Source: a bacterium (lineage in GTDB: Bacteria; Patescibacteriota; CPR2; UBA1875; JAJYID01). Taken from it: 64,000 nt of DNA. The notes beneath the pieces are model-generated. The model was not told the DNA's origin. It saw only the letters and a list, made by a program, of their open reading frames with translations, and made no database searches. Positions 16,342 through 24,871 of this stretch are shown piece after piece. The stretch covers positions 211,648 through 275,647 of the forward strand of contig JAJYLR010000001.1 in NCBI GenBank assembly GCA_021787535.1, written 5' to 3'. How positions within the stretch are numbered: the stretch's first letter is position 1; the number at the start of each line of letters is the position of its first letter. Position numbers and translations under genes: made by a program.

Positions 16342-19176
16342 ATGATTGGTAAGGAGGGTCTATTCTCCTTGGCTAAGTTGCGAAAGGACAAGGTGGAAGC
16401 TTATAAAATTCCTTTAAATAAAATCTATTCAGAACTTCACAGTTCTCCAAACGGTCTGACGCCATCTGAAGTTCATGACCGGCTTAAAAGCGACGGCAAA
16501 AATGAGATTAGAAAAGTCCGAAAAAGACCGATCATTTTTGATTTCATTGAACAATTTACAAATCTTTTTGCCTTAATCCTGATCTTTGCCGGTTTCCTGA
16601 GCCTATTGCTTCGAGATGCTCAGACCGCTATTGTTCTTTTCTTAATTGTTGTTGTGAATGCCATGATCGGCTTTTTCCAGGAGTATAAAGCTGAGCGTAC
16701 TATTGAAGCGCTCCAAAAAATTATTCCCCGAGAAACGGTTGTCAGGCGAAGTGGCAAAGACACGAAAATCGATGTTTCCGAAATTGTGCCCGGTGATTTG
16801 CTCATTATTCAGGCCGGAGATACTGTTCCGGCTGATTTGCGCCTGACCAAGGCCTACAATTTAAAGACAAATGACTTTGTTTTGACGGGGGAGAGCGCGT
16901 CCCAGGAAAAGTTTGCCGGAGATCTTCCGAGAGACAAGAACCGGAGATTAACAGACATTGATAATTGTCTCTACACAGGCATAGAGGTAACAGAGGGTTT
17001 TGCTGAGGGCATAGTTTTTGCAACGGGGATGAACACTGAGTTCGGCAAGATCGCTCATTTGACATCAAGCGTCAAAACTGAGAAAAGCCCGCTTCAAAAA
17101 GAGATTGATAATCTAGCAAAAAAAGTGACTAAGCTCATTAGTGTGATTTTGCCGGTAATGTTCGCCATATTCTATATTACAAACAAGGCCGGCTTTAATA
17201 TTGCAAACGCTTTTCAATTTTCTATAGGGGTGGCAAGCGCTCTCGTTCCCGAAGGACTGGTTGCCACCGTTTCTATAGCACTGGCGATTGGAGTTCAGCG
17301 AATTGCCAAAAAACAAGCTGTTATACGTAAATTGTCTTCGGTTGAAACGCTTGGAGCTTCTTCCGTCATTGTGACCGATAAAACCGGGACCCTAACCAAA
17401 AATGAAATGACTGTCAAAGAAATTTTTGTAAGTGGCCGCCAAATTCATGTGAGCGGAGTCGGTTACTCGGGAAAGGGGGATTATCTTTCTATAGAAAAGA
17501 AAGATAGCGTATTTAATATACAAAGAAATGAAGATTTCTTTTATGGGATGGTTCTTTGCAATGATGCAGAGATTGACTTTAATGAAAAGGGTGAAGCAAC
17601 GAAAAGTATTGGCGATCAGATGGAAGTAGCTCTCCTTGTTGCGGCCAGAAAGGCCGGATTCGATAAGGATGATGTTTTAAAAAAATTTCCCAAGATTTAT
17701 GAAGCGGCGTTTGATTCATCGAGAAGGATGATGAGCGTAGTCGTAGACTGCGGCCAAGGCGGAGCTGTCTACACAAAAGGTTCTCCGCTTGATGTTCTTG
17801 CAAGGTGTACTCGGATCTTTGATAGTGGAAAAGAAAGAACCCTTTCCCAGAAAGACATAGATTCTATAAAAACTAAAAATGATGAATTTGCCGGCCAAGC
17901 GATGAGAGTGTTGGCTATTGCTCGGAAAAATATTGAGGTGCGGGAAAAATATCAGGCAAGAGAGGTTGAAAACAATCTGGTTTTCCTCGGTTTAGCAGCA
18001 ATTATCGATCCGCCCAGAAAAAGCGTGCAAGGCGCTATCAAAGAATGCCGCCAGGCAGGTATCAAAGTATTTATGGTTACGGGCGACTATGGAGTTACCG
18101 CGGCCGCAATCGGCAAAAGGATCGGACTTGCTGCAGATCCGCGCGTTGTAACCGGTGATGATTTAAAACAAATGGATGACTTTGTGCTTGGGAAAATCCT
18201 GAATTTTGGCGAAGCCGGTTCTGACGGGATTATTTTTGCAAGAACTACGCCGGAAGACAAAATGAGGATTGTTCGAGTTCTTAAAAGCTACGGTTACATT
18301 GTGGCTGTGACCGGAGATGGGGTCAATGATGCGCCGGCTCTAAAAAGTGCCCATATCGGTGTAGCTATGGGTATAACGGGAACGGAAGTGTCAAAAGAAG
18401 CATCTGAAATGGTTCTTTTGGATGATGATTTTTCAGATATTGTTGCGGCAGTCAAAGAAGGCAGAGGCGTTTACGAAAATATCAAAAAAGTTATTTTCTA
18501 TAATTTTTCCGGAAATGCCGCCGAGTTTTTTACGGTTCTTTTTGGTTCGCTGCTCGGGGTAATCCCGATTTATGCCGTCCAGATACTTTTAATTGATCTT
18601 TGCGCCGATATTTTACCGTCATTTGCTTTAGCCCTCGACGGAATCGAAAAGGGAATCATGAAAAAACCGCCTAGAAATGCAAAGGGTAAGTTAATGGAGT
18701 TCAAGGATTTCCGAATGATTTCTCGAACGGGAATTATAATCGGTGCTTTATGTGTTTTAGTTTTCTTGGTTGTCATGTTGCGCGGAGGATGGCGCATAGG
18801 GCAGGCAATTTTTGAAAATAGGCTTTACTTTCAGGCAACCGGCGCAGCTTATGCTACCCTAGCGGTTTGCCAGATCTTTAATGCGATAGAGAGCCGATCT
18901 TTAGAGCTTGGTTTTTCAAAACTTGTTTTGGGCAATAAAAAACTGCTTGGCGCTATTGGTGTCTCAATATTCTTATTTTTAAACATTATTTATAATCCTT
19001 GGCTTGAGCCGTATGTCAAAACAGCACCGATTCAACTCTTCAACTGGATATTTATCATTTTAGCCGGCTTCATATTCCTTTTTTCAATAGAACTGAAAAA
19101 ATGGAAAATCAGAAGCGATAAAGAACATTCTGTAATAGAAGCGCTTCGTAAAGAGCTTTTTGATCAGCCGGTTTAA
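16342..19176 (+). CDS. Cation-transporting P-type ATPase (type II, Ca2+/Mg2+-ATPase-like)
   Basis: DKTGTLT phosphorylation motif, PEGL motif (VPEGLVATVSI), VTGDGVNDAPALK hinge, about 10 TM segments. Confidence 0.9.
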   Translation: MIGKEGLFSLAKLRKDKVEAYKIPLNKIYSELHSSPNGLTPSEVHDRLKSDGKNEIRKVRKRPIIFDFIEQFTNLFALILIFAGFLSLLLRDAQTAIVLFLIVVVNAMIGFFQEYKAERTIEALQKIIPRETVVRRSGKDTKIDVSEIVPGDLLIIQAGDTVPADLRLTKAYNLKTNDFVLTGESASQEKFAGDLPRDKNRRLTDIDNCLYTGIEVTEGFAEGIVFATGMNTEFGKIAHLTSSVKTEKSPLQKEIDNLAKKVTKLISVILPVMFAIFYITNKAGFNIANAFQFSIGVASALVPEGLVATVSIALAIGVQRIAKKQAVIRKLSSVETLGASSVIVTDKTGTLTKNEMTVKEIFVSGRQIHVSGVGYSGKGDYLSIEKKDSVFNIQRNEDFFYGMVLCNDAEIDFNEKGEATKSIGDQMEVALLVAARKAGFDKDDVLKKFPKIYEAAFDSSRRMMSVVVDCGQGGAVYTKGSPLDVLARCTRIFDSGKERTLSQKDIDSIKTKNDEFAGQAMRVLAIARKNIEVREKYQAREVENNLVFLGLAAIIDPPRKSVQGAIKECRQAGIKVFMVTGDYGVTAAAIGKRIGLAADPRVVTGDDLKQMDDFVLGKILNFGEAGSDGIIFARTTPEDKMRIVRVLKSYGYIVAVTGDGVNDAPALKSAHIGVAMGITGTEVSKEASEMVLLDDDFSDIVAAVKEGRGVYENIKKVIFYNFSGNAAEFFTVLFGSLLGVIPIYAVQILLIDLCADILPSFALALDGIEKGIMKKPPRNAKGKLMEFKDFRMISRTGIIIGALCVLVFLVVMLRGGWRIGQAIFENRLYFQATGAAYATLAVCQIFNAIESRSLELGFSKLVLGNKKLLGAIGVSIFLFLNIIYNPWLEPYVKTAPIQLFNWIFIILAGFIFLFSIELKKWKIRSDKEHSVIEALRKELFDQPV

Positions 19177-19220
19177 AACATTCTTGCACTCAGTTTAAAA
19201 ATCATGTAAAATATTTTCTT

Positions 19221-20624
19221 GTGAAAAAAACTAAAATTATAGCCACTCTTGGGCCATCCTCGGATGACCCAAAAATTATGGAAAAACTGATAGACGCGGG
19301 AGCCAATGTCTTCCGTATCAATTTTTCGCATGCCACAGAAGAGGAAAGGGTTGAAAGAGTTAAAGACTTAAGAGCAATCGAGAAGGCAAGCGGAAAACCG
19401 GTAACGATTTTACAGGATCTGCAGGGACCGAAAATACGCGTCGGTAAGATTGACGGTTCTATTGGATTAACCGAAGGAAAAGAAATTACTCTTACTATAG
19501 ATACACCGGCCTATGGCGAAGTTCCTGTTCAATATCAAGGTATAGTTAGCGACGTTGAACGCGGAAACCGTATTCTTCTGGTTGACGGAAAAATCGTTCT
19601 TGAAGTCATTTCAAAGGATAAGAAAAAGATTAGATGCAAAGTTAAAACCGGCGGCACGCTGATCTCAAACAAAGGAATTAATCTGCCGGACTCCAGCATT
19701 TCTCTGCCGGCTCTTTCCGAGAAAGATCTCTATGATTTAAAGTTTGGTCTGGCAAATGATTTCGACTACATTGCACTTTCATTCGTTAAGTCAGCAGATG
19801 ACATTTTGCATCTTAAAAACATAATCAAAAAAGCAGGAAAGAAGACCAAGGTGATCGCTAAAATTGAGCGTCACGAGGCCGTGAAAAACATCGATGAGAT
19901 TATTGAGGCCGCGGATGCGGTTATGGTAGCCAGAGGCGATCTGGGGATCGAAGTTTCTTTGGCTAGCGTTCCGCTTCTTCAAAAAACGATTATCGAAAAA
20001 TGCAATGCTGCCGGAAAGCCGGTGATAGTGGCAACCCAAATGTTAGATTCAATGGTGCGAAATCCGGTATCAACCAGAGCCGAGACGTCCGATATCGCAA
20101 ATGCTATTTTAGACGGAGCCGACGCGGTGATGCTTTCTGATGAGACATCTGTCGGCAAGTATCCGATAAATGCGGTAAAGGTCATGCGCAAAATCGCTTT
20201 GACAGTTGAAAAATGGTCCAATGACAGCCAGATTATCATCGGGGAAGACGCTATCAAAAAAATCGATTCTACCTCAGAAGCTATTGGAAAGAGTGCTTGT
20301 AAGCTGGCTTCGGAGATAAGAGCTAAGGTGATTATTAACGCAACTGCCAGAGGTAAAACGACTAAAAATGTTTCGAGATTCCGTCCGCACTGCCCGATAA
20401 TTTCTGTGACTCATACCTTGAAAACCGCCCGGGAGCTGAATCTGGTTTGGGGAGTTTATCCGTATGTTCTCAAATACAAAACTGTTCGGGAAATGAGCCG
20501 AAAATCTACGGAAATCGCTAAGTCACTAAAGCTTGTCAAGAAGGGTGATAAACTCGTGATAATCAGCGGTGAGGAAGTGGGCGTGGAAGGCGGTACGAAC
20601 ATGGTTAAAGTTAAAGAGCTCTAG
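19221..20624 (+). CDS. pyk: Pyruvate kinase
   Basis: KIIATLGPSS N-terminus, MVARGDLGIE motif, 467 aa, GTG start. Confidence 0.9.
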   Translation: MKKTKIIATLGPSSDDPKIMEKLIDAGANVFRINFSHATEEERVERVKDLRAIEKASGKPVTILQDLQGPKIRVGKIDGSIGLTEGKEITLTIDTPAYGEVPVQYQGIVSDVERGNRILLVDGKIVLEVISKDKKKIRCKVKTGGTLISNKGINLPDSSISLPALSEKDLYDLKFGLANDFDYIALSFVKSADDILHLKNIIKKAGKKTKVIAKIERHEAVKNIDEIIEAADAVMVARGDLGIEVSLASVPLLQKTIIEKCNAAGKPVIVATQMLDSMVRNPVSTRAETSDIANAILDGADAVMLSDETSVGKYPINAVKVMRKIALTVEKWSNDSQIIIGEDAIKKIDSTSEAIGKSACKLASEIRAKVIINATARGKTTKNVSRFRPHCPIISVTHTLKTARELNLVWGVYPYVLKYKTVREMSRKSTEIAKSLKLVKKGDKLVIISGEEVGVEGGTNMVKVKEL

Positions 20625-20644
20625 ATCTTAAAAATAGAAAAGAG

Positions 20645-20681
20645 AAAAGGGCCGCGTTGACTTCATGCTGCCCTTTTCGGA
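20645..20681. terminator. Possible bidirectional terminator between pyk and the convergent gene
   Basis: aaagggc...gcccttt arms around a long loop. Weak. Confidence 0.35.
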
Positions 20682-20698
20682 TTCTGGACGGAGTGAGA

Positions 20699-21061
20699 TT
20701 ATGAGATGGCTTTTCGAAACTCTGTTTCAAAGTTTTCCCGCAATAAAATGGGTAATTTGTTAAAATTTCTTGTCCACAGATTATACTTGTCGGCGAAAGC
20801 ATTTGCTTTTATAAGCACATCTGTAAGGATGCCATGAGTGGCTGCGTTCTCAAATTGCTCCAGAAAAAATTTCTTGACTTTGTTGCCCAGGTGATGAAGT
20901 AATAGGCAGAAGTCCCAGATTTTTTCGGTATATTCACCGAATATTGGTTCTTTGACTTGCTCAAAGATAGGCCAATCACACGGTCCAAACTCCGAAGGTT
21001 CTGTCTCCTGGCTGTTCTTTCGTATTCCCAATTCAGAACCCCTTTTTTTATCGTGGTGCAT
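20699..21061 (-). CDS. Hypothetical protein
   Basis: 120 aa. Strong GGGGAGGA RBS immediately upstream of the ATG at 21061. The overlapping alternative-frame ORF 20809-21150 was rejected. Confidence 0.55.
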   Translation of the reverse strand: MHHDKKRGSELGIRKNSQETEPSEFGPCDWPIFEQVKEPIFGEYTEKIWDFCLLLHHLGNKVKKFFLEQFENAATHGILTDVLIKANAFADKYNLWTRNFNKLPILLRENFETEFRKAIS

Positions 21062-21173
21062 CTATCCTCCCCTAGATAGATTTGCATTTCATAAGAAGTA
21101 TACAACAAAACCTTTAAACAGGCAAACGTTTCTGCTTCAAACTGAGCCAAAAAAGTGGTAAAATGTTCTGGCT

Positions 21174-21965
21174 ATGGATAAATATATTAAAGATTTAGAT
21201 AAAATCCTTTCCGAAGAGTTTCTTTCATTAAAAAAAGAGATTAAGAGCCAAAAGCTCGGGGTTCTTTTTTCCGGAGGAGTAGACAGTTCCCTTATTGCCA
21301 GGTTAGGCGAAGATACCGGACTAAACCCCATTCTTTACAGTTTCGGAACCGAAAAATCCAAAGACAGGCAGTTTGTTTTTGACTTTGCGAGCGATATGAA
21401 AATGCCGCTTGTTTTTGAAGAGGTTAAAACCGGTGAGATTGAAAAAAATATTCCATTGATTAGAGAAGAACTGGCTAAAATCGGCGAGGACCCGAATCCT
21501 ATGCAAGTCGCTCTTGCAGTCGGAGTTTATCTGGTTGGGAAAAAGGCAAAAGCAGACAATGTTAAATTTATGCTGTGCGGGCAGGGGTCTGATGAGCTTT
21601 TTGCCGGATACAAGAAATATGAGGGGTTAAAAGACGATGATTTGCAAAAATCTTTGGAGCGCGACATTGAATCTGTAATGAGATCGGATATCGCCCGCGA
21701 TGCCCATATGCTATCGCTTTCCGGCATTAAACTTTTCGCGCCGTATACCAGCCAAGAATTTATCGACTATGCCCTGAAAATCCCGCTTGAATATAAAGTT
21801 TCGGGCGATACAAAAAAATTTATAATTCGCAAAGTCGCGGAAAAACGCGGACTCCCCGACTATATTTGCGAACGTCCTAAAAATGCCATGCAGTATTCAT
21901 CCGGAATCCAGAAAGTTGTCTCAAAAGTTTGTAAAGCGGAAAGGCAAAATGGACAAACTGCTTGA
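21174..21965 (+). CDS. Stand-alone asparagine synthetase C-terminal-domain-like PP-loop ATP pyrophosphatase (no glutaminase domain)
   Basis: PP-loop LFSGGVDSS and MLCGQGSDELFAGYKKY resemble the AsnB synthetase domain (SGGLDSS / GEGADELFGGY). 263 aa. Confidence 0.65.
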   Translation: MDKYIKDLDKILSEEFLSLKKEIKSQKLGVLFSGGVDSSLIARLGEDTGLNPILYSFGTEKSKDRQFVFDFASDMKMPLVFEEVKTGEIEKNIPLIREELAKIGEDPNPMQVALAVGVYLVGKKAKADNVKFMLCGQGSDELFAGYKKYEGLKDDDLQKSLERDIESVMRSDIARDAHMLSLSGIKLFAPYTSQEFIDYALKIPLEYKVSGDTKKFIIRKVAEKRGLPDYICERPKNAMQYSSGIQKVVSKVCKAERQNGQTA

Positions 21966-23658
21966 AAAAGTAATTCAAGAATCCATTGGCCGAAAAATAG
22001 TTTCAGATGAGGATTTTCTAACTTTAATTAAAGAAAATTTCAAAGGCAAGTCTGAGGCGAAGTTCCCCTCAAATATTGAAATAAGGAAGAAGTACCGGTG
22101 CATGGTTAATAGAGGGATAATACCGCCAAGTCCGGCGCTGGAAAAAATATTGGTTACCAAAAAGATGCGTTCTCTCTCCGGTGTGGCTGTTATCACGGTC
22201 TTGACCAAACCTTGGCCGTGTCCGGGCAAATGCCTGTATTGCCCGGTTCAGGAAAACGTGCCAAAGAGCTATCTTGCAAGCGAACCGGCAGTGATGAGAG
22301 CGATTTTGTGCGAGTACGATCCCTACAAACAGGTGAAAGCTCGGCTAGATTCACTGGCACTAGAAGGCCATCCGACTGACAAGATTGAACTCATTGTTAT
22401 CGGCGGGACATTTTCAGTGTTACCAAGAGATTATCAGGAAGAATACATAAAGTTATGCCTCGATGCATTGAACGGTACAAAAAGCAAAGATCTAAACAAG
22501 GCAAAAAGGGCAAATGAAACAGCCGAGCATCGTCTAGTCGGGCTGACACTCGAAACTCGGCCTGACTATATTACGAAAAAAGAAGTTGAGCGGATGAGAT
22601 ATCTTGGTACGACAAGAGTCGAGCTGGGTGTGCAGTCTGTTTTTGATGAAGTTCTAAAATTTAACAAACGTGGTGCGACTAATGAAGATACAATTTGTGC
22701 GACGCAACTTTTGAAGGATGCGGGACTAAAAATCTGCTACCATATGATGCCCGGACTGCCGGATTCGGATTTAAAAAAAGACCTGGAAATGTTTAAAGTT
22801 ATTTTTACTGATCCGAGATTTCAGCCGGATTACGTAAAGATTTATCCCTGTATGGTAACGAAGGGTTCAGAACTTTATGAGTTTTGGAAATCCGGAAAGT
22901 ATAGGCCTTACACCGACAAGGAATTAGAAAGTTTAATCTGCGAAATTAAAAAGACCGTGCCATATCAAGTGCGGATCATGCGGCTTATTCGCGATATCCC
23001 TTCCACAGATATTGAGGCAGGTTCAAAAGTGACAAATTTACGGCAAAACGTGCAAAAGAAATTACAATCAGAAGGGGTGAGGTGTAAATGTATCCGCTGT
23101 CGGGAAGCGGGATTATTAAAGAAAGATGAAAAAGTAAAAAGTAAAAATTTCTCCTTTGTCATCCCGAGCGACTTCGCGGAGCGACGAGTCGAGGGATCCC
23201 TTCCAGAAAATGATCAATTCCTAATCTCTAATGGCCAATCAATCTCCAATGATCAAAAATCAAGAAGAATGGATTCTGGGCAAGCCAGAATGACATTGTT
23301 GCGTGATGAGTATGAGGCGAGTGGCGGAAAGGAATTTTTTTTGAGTTACGAGACGGGGGATAGAAGTGTCCTGTCCGCTCTTTTACGCTTAAGATTACCC
23401 GGCGAAACGTATTTGCCGGAGTTAAAAGATGCGGCTCTAATCCGCGAAGTCCATACCTATGGCCAGCAGATCGAAATCGGCAAAAGGGGCGATACTCAGC
23501 ACAAAGGGTTGGGCAAAAAATTAATTACGAAAGCTGAGCAGTTGGCGTGCAAAAACGGTTACAAAAAAGCTGCCGTCATCTCCGGGGTCGGTGTCCGTGA
23601 TTATTACCGAAAACTTGGTTATGAACTTGATGGTGAGTATATGATCAAATTGTTATAA
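21946..23658 (+). CDS. elp3: Elp3-like tRNA uridine(34) carboxymethyl-modifying radical SAM / GNAT acetyltransferase
   Basis: Radical-SAM Cys cluster KPWPCPGKCLYCP. C-terminal GNAT region IREVHTYGQQIEIGKRGDTQHKGLGKKLITKAEQLA is typical of Elp3. The likely ATG at 21946 overlaps the upstream gene by 20 nt. The ORF-track start is 21883. Confidence 0.8.
   Translation, partial: KMDKLLEKVIQESIGRKIVSDEDFLTLIKENFKGKSEAKFPSNIEIRKKYRCMVNRGIIPPSPALEKILVTKKMRSLSGVAVITVLTKPWPCPGKCLYCPVQENVPKSYLASEPAVMRAILCEYDPYKQVKARLDSLALEGHPTDKIELIVIGGTFSVLPRDYQEEYIKLCLDALNGTKSKDLNKAKRANETAEHRLVGLTLETRPDYITKKEVERMRYLGTTRVELGVQSVFDEVLKFNKRGATNEDTICATQLLKDAGLKICYHMMPGLPDSDLKKDLEMFKVIFTDPRFQPDYVKIYPCMVTKGSELYEFWKSGKYRPYTDKELESLICEIKKTVPYQVRIMRLIRDIPSTDIEAGSKVTNLRQNVQKKLQSEGVRCKCIRCREAGLLKKDEKVKSKNFSFVIPSDFAERRVEGSLPENDQFLISNGQSISNDQKSRRMDSGQARMTLLRDEYEASGGKEFFLSYETGDRSVLSALLRLRLPGETYLPELKDAALIREVHTYGQQIEIGKRGDTQHKGLGKKLITKAEQLACKNGYKKAAVISGVGVRDYYRKLGYELDGEYMIKLL
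23155..23200. repeat. Hairpin repeat in frame within elp3, minus orientation (TGTCATCC-cgagcgacttcgcggagcgacgagtcgag-GGATCC)
   Basis: Flanking TGTCATCC/GGATCC as in the family at 3842 and 27068. Encodes FVIPSDFAERRVEGS in the linker between the radical-SAM and GNAT domains. Confidence 0.5.
23271..23298. repeat. Hairpin repeat in frame within elp3 (GGATTCTGG-gcaag-CCAGAATGACA)
   Basis: Matches copies at 30893, 61144 (reverse) and 10785. Encodes MDSGQARMTL. Confidence 0.55.
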
Positions 23659-23784
23659 ATTTGATTTTCATGGTATAATAAAGACATCGTTCAAAGGCGA
23701 AAAGTTGTCGTTTTAAAAAACGAAGCACTTGGACATCAAATAGTGGGTGCTTTTTTGGTTTACAACCCGGGAAAGGAACACAAA

Positions 23785-24168
23785 ATGGCAGGAATAGATT
23801 ACAATGATGCAAACGAACAAGAATTGCATATTTGTAATGGATGCGGGGCAGACGCTGTACAGATTGTCAAGGAGTATTGGATGAGTCAAGGCATTGTCAG
23901 GCTTCATTTGGAATGTGAAGCTTGTACCAGAAAAGCTTTTCCGGTTGTTTCCGTCAAGGAGGCAGATAAGCTGCGCTTAGCGATCCATAGACGCCGAGAA
24001 AATGCAAGACGAATACGGCAAAGAGCGGAAGAAGAGAGGCAACTATTTCTAAGTCTAGCGGATGTGGAAGCTAAGGGTGAAGCTTTTCTTGCGCAAAGGC
24101 ATGCGGACTTTGAAGCGTTCTATGCGAATTGGAAGAAAGAGCATCCTATCGACCCAATTGAAAGGTGA
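23785..24168 (+). CDS. Hypothetical zinc-ribbon (CxxC...CxxC) protein
   Basis: ATG at 23785 after GGAAAGGAACA. CNGCGAD...CEAC cysteine pairs. The ORF-track start is 23743. Confidence 0.5.
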   Translation: MAGIDYNDANEQELHICNGCGADAVQIVKEYWMSQGIVRLHLECEACTRKAFPVVSVKEADKLRLAIHRRRENARRIRQRAEEERQLFLSLADVEAKGEAFLAQRHADFEAFYANWKKEHPIDPIER

Positions 24169-24200
24169 AAAATAAAAGGGTGGCGGCAAGACCCGCAGGA

Positions 24201-24229
24201 AAGCCCTCAGGGGCTTTCTTTTTTCTTGA
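24201..24229 (+). terminator. Rho-independent terminator
   Basis: aagccc-tcag-gggctt followed by a T-run. Confidence 0.7.
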
Positions 24230-24392
24230 CATAAGGTTTATAATATAAGCAGTCGCAAGGGGGTGCGTAGAGATAGATTGTTTTAACCCTTCGAAGAACC
24301 CGTAAAGTCTTCTATTTCTGCTAAATTCTAAATTCTAAAAACCCACAACCGCCTTAATAACGCAACAACGCAACTCTTTAAGGAGGTTTGCC

Positions 24393-24734
24393 ATGAGACG
24401 CGTGGCGGAACATTGTACAGACCTTAAGAATATTGATAGGTGTCCCATATGCGGATCGAGAGCTATCAGAATGACCGGCAGCTGCAGGGACGATCGAGAT
24501 CCGGTCTGGATGCTCCTCTTCTTTTGCCACGACTGCGAGGGCGCATACCCGCGCGGCCCGGTAACTTCAGAGCTGAAGGCGGAAATTGCAAGAAAGCATC
24601 TGAGTGAGGAGGGATGTGCCTCGGAGCAGGCGGACAAGGAAATGATGAGAGATGAGGAAGAACTTGCAAGATCTCGTGAGAAAGGGGAAGAATTGACGCT
24701 TGAAATGATGTTTCAAGAATTGGCCCGGAGGTGA
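24393..24734 (+). CDS. Hypothetical zinc-ribbon protein
   Basis: AAGGAGG RBS. CPICGS...CHDCEG motifs. 113 aa. Confidence 0.55.
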   Translation: MRRVAEHCTDLKNIDRCPICGSRAIRMTGSCRDDRDPVWMLLFFCHDCEGAYPRGPVTSELKAEIARKHLSEEGCASEQADKEMMRDEEELARSREKGEELTLEMMFQELARR

Positions 24735-24746
24735 TCCGATATCTAG

Positions 24747-24775
24747 AGGAGACCCTTCGGGTCTTCTCTTTTTAT
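24747..24775 (+). terminator. Rho-independent terminator
   Basis: gagaccc-ttcg-ggtctt followed by ctcttttt. Confidence 0.65.
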
Positions 24776-24871
24776 AAACAAAAAAACTCCTTGCCAAATG
24801 TTTTTTGGCGGGGTAAAATGTTTTCGAAAAAGAAGAGACGGATATTTGAAACATAATTTGAGGGGGTTATC

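Noticed and set aside
20809-21150. 113-aa minus-strand ORF overlapping 20699-21061 in another frame
   Set aside because: The competing frame (20699-21061) has a strong GGGGAGGA RBS at its ATG and ends at a terminator. This one has neither.
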